Below are positions 62,546 to 64,000 of a stretch of DNA of 64,000 bases, piece after piece. The position numbers and the translations under genes were made by a program. The stretch covers positions 23,096-87,095 of the forward strand of contig CAYZPB010000001.1 in NCBI GenBank assembly GCA_964480445.1, given 5' to 3'. Below the pieces are notes generated by a model. The model had not been told where the DNA came from. It saw only the letters and a program-made list of their open reading frames with translations, and ran no database searches. Every line of letters starts with the position of its first letter. Position 1 is the stretch's first letter. The stretch comes from an uncultured Bacillales bacterium (lineage in GTDB: Bacteria > Bacillota > Bacilli > Tepidibacillales > Tepidibacillaceae).

Positions 62546-64000
62546 ATGGTAAAAAAGCGAAACACAAAAAAACGACAAGAGCTGATAAAAAACTTAAAGT
62601 ATGAATTTATCGGTATTGTATTATGGACATTAATGCTAATCGAGCTCTTTGAGTTGGGAATCGTTGGTAGCACACTAAATACACTTTTTAGATACTTTTT
62701 CGGACAGTGGGACTACTTGATTTCAATCGGTATAATTTTATTTGCTCTATACCTCATGTTTGCGCGAAACTTTACCTTTAAAATAACCCCACAAAAAATA
62801 GGCGTTATATTTATGGTTTCTGCAATTGCGTTATTTAATCATATTAACTTTGTTGAATATTTAAACGCCAATAACCTTCTTACTGACACAGGCGTCTGGC
62901 AAGTCACCTGGAGTTCATTAAATGCGGATCGACTCGTTCCTGGCAGTTCTGAGATTGGCGGTGGATTACTTGGTGCCGCCCTCTACATTGCTTTTTTCTT
63001 TCTGTTTAACGACTTAGGAGCTAAAATCATAGTGGTTACCTTAGCTCTGATTGGTGTTTTATTGTTTTTCAGCCTATCTTATATTGATTTATTTAAAAAG
63101 CTTGTAAACAAAATAAAGACATCATATAAAAACTTTAAAAAGCAACAGGAGGCAAATAAAAAGCTTGATAAAAAGCCGGATAAAAAGCACCCTGCACCAA
63201 TCATTCATGACTTTGTAAATAATGAAACAGTTGCTACAACTAGTGTTAACCCAAAAGAGCAGCAACCAGACTATATAGATAAAACTGAAATAGAAGCGGG
63301 CACAAGTGTTACCAACAATGCTAATGTAAAAGGCAATGCAAATCTATTAACACCAACAAGCGATCTTACAAATAATTACGAATTGCCTTCCACTAAGTTA
63401 CTAGAACAATATAAATCGGTGCAAGTAACTGATAACTTTGAATATATTAGTGATAATGCAAGAAAGCTTGAGGAGGCACTTGCTAGCTTTGGTGTGGGGA
63501 TTAAAGTGGTACAAATTCATAAGGGTCCAGCGGTTACGAGATATGAGGTACATCCTGATTTTGGAGTAAAGGTAAGTCGGATTGTAAATCTTGTAGATGA
63601 TATTGCACTCGCACTGGCTGCCAAAGACATTCGAATCGAGGCACCGATTCCAGGAAAATCAGCAATTGGTATCGAAGTGCCCAATGCTGACGTCTCAATT
63701 GTTTCATTAAAAGAAGTTATAGCTAGTCCTAAATTTAACAGTAGTAAGTCTAAGCTTAGCCTGGCACTAGGAATAGACGTTACTGGCGAACCTATAGTTC
63801 AGGATTTATTACAAATGCCACATCTGTTGGTTGCTGGGACAACTGGCTCCGGTAAAAGTGTATCTTTGAATACGATGATTATTAGTATTCTATATAAAGC
63901 TAGCCCACAAGAAGTGAAGTTTATAATGATTGATACTAAAGTTGTTGAGTTGAACATATATAATGGCTTACCACATCTATTAGCACCCGTTATTACCGAT
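62546..64000 (+). CDS. ftsK: DNA translocase FtsK/SpoIIIE (5' partial, continues past the window end)
   Basis: This ORF is absent from the supplied track because it has no stop in the window. My translation from ATG 62546 (GGGTGA upstream) gives 485 codons. It has N-terminal TM helices, a linker, then NYELPSTKLLEQ...GPAVTRYEV...IEAPIPGKSAIGIEVPN and Walker A VAGTTGSGKSV. Confidence 0.9.
   Translation, partial: MVKKRNTKKRQELIKNLKYEFIGIVLWTLMLIELFELGIVGSTLNTLFRYFFGQWDYLISIGIILFALYLMFARNFTFKITPQKIGVIFMVSAIALFNHINFVEYLNANNLLTDTGVWQVTWSSLNADRLVPGSSEIGGGLLGAALYIAFFFLFNDLGAKIIVVTLALIGVLLFFSLSYIDLFKKLVNKIKTSYKNFKKQQEANKKLDKKPDKKHPAPIIHDFVNNETVATTSVNPKEQQPDYIDKTEIEAGTSVTNNANVKGNANLLTPTSDLTNNYELPSTKLLEQYKSVQVTDNFEYISDNARKLEEALASFGVGIKVVQIHKGPAVTRYEVHPDFGVKVSRIVNLVDDIALALAAKDIRIEAPIPGKSAIGIEVPNADVSIVSLKEVIASPKFNSSKSKLSLALGIDVTGEPIVQDLLQMPHLLVAGTTGSGKSVSLNTMIISILYKASPQEVKFIMIDTKVVELNIYNGLPHLLAPVITD

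Noticed and set aside
1-64000. Scan for CRISPR arrays, IS/transposase genes, integrases other than xerC, prophage genes, toxin-antitoxin pairs, restriction-modification or other defence genes, and rRNA/tRNA genes
   Set aside because: None found. Every ORF of 100 aa or more that is not a shadow ORF has a housekeeping assignment, apart from the TadE-like and DUF4234-like proteins. Intergenic gaps are at most ~170 nt and are explained by promoters, terminators or leaders.

Overview
AT-rich Bacillota (Firmicutes) chromosome segment, almost entirely core housekeeping genes. I call 59 CDS, 56 of them on the + strand. Order: tail of a Tad/Flp-type pilus locus (TadE-like protein, A24 prepilin peptidase), cls, dinG, a NatAB-like ABC pair, mtaD, aspB, dnaD, smc-ftsY-ylxM-ffh-rpsP-ylqC-rimM-trmD-rplS, lepB-rbgA-rnhB-yraN, a DUF4234-like membrane protein, comM-dprA-topA-trmFO-xerC-hslV-hslU-codY, rpsB-tsf-pyrH-frr-uppS-cdsA-dxr-rseP-ispG-polC, rimP-nusA-ylxR-ylxQ-infB-rbfA-nrnA-truB-ribF, rpsO-pnp, M16 peptidase-dut-asd-dapG-dapA-rnj. 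A 5' partial ftsK/spoIIIE runs off the window end and is missing from the ORF track. I saw no rRNA, tRNA, CRISPR array, IS/transposase, phage or defence-island genes. Several ORF-track starts look over-extended, so I moved them to internal starts that have a Shine-Dalgarno sequence. I do not find convincing evidence of a novel multi-gene system. The points most worth a second look are modest. They are the truncated Tad locus with an unusually long TadE-like protein, a DinG with a degenerate exonuclease-like N-domain plus a 4-Cys Fe-S-type motif, and an HslV N-terminal extension without Ser. Others are a dnaD-smc TAATG junction, candidate cis-regulatory leaders (rimP-nusA, rplS, rpsO, rpsB), and in-frame tandem repeats in the nusA and rpsB tails. 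All functional calls rest on motifs read by eye from the translations and on remembered synteny. No database search was run.
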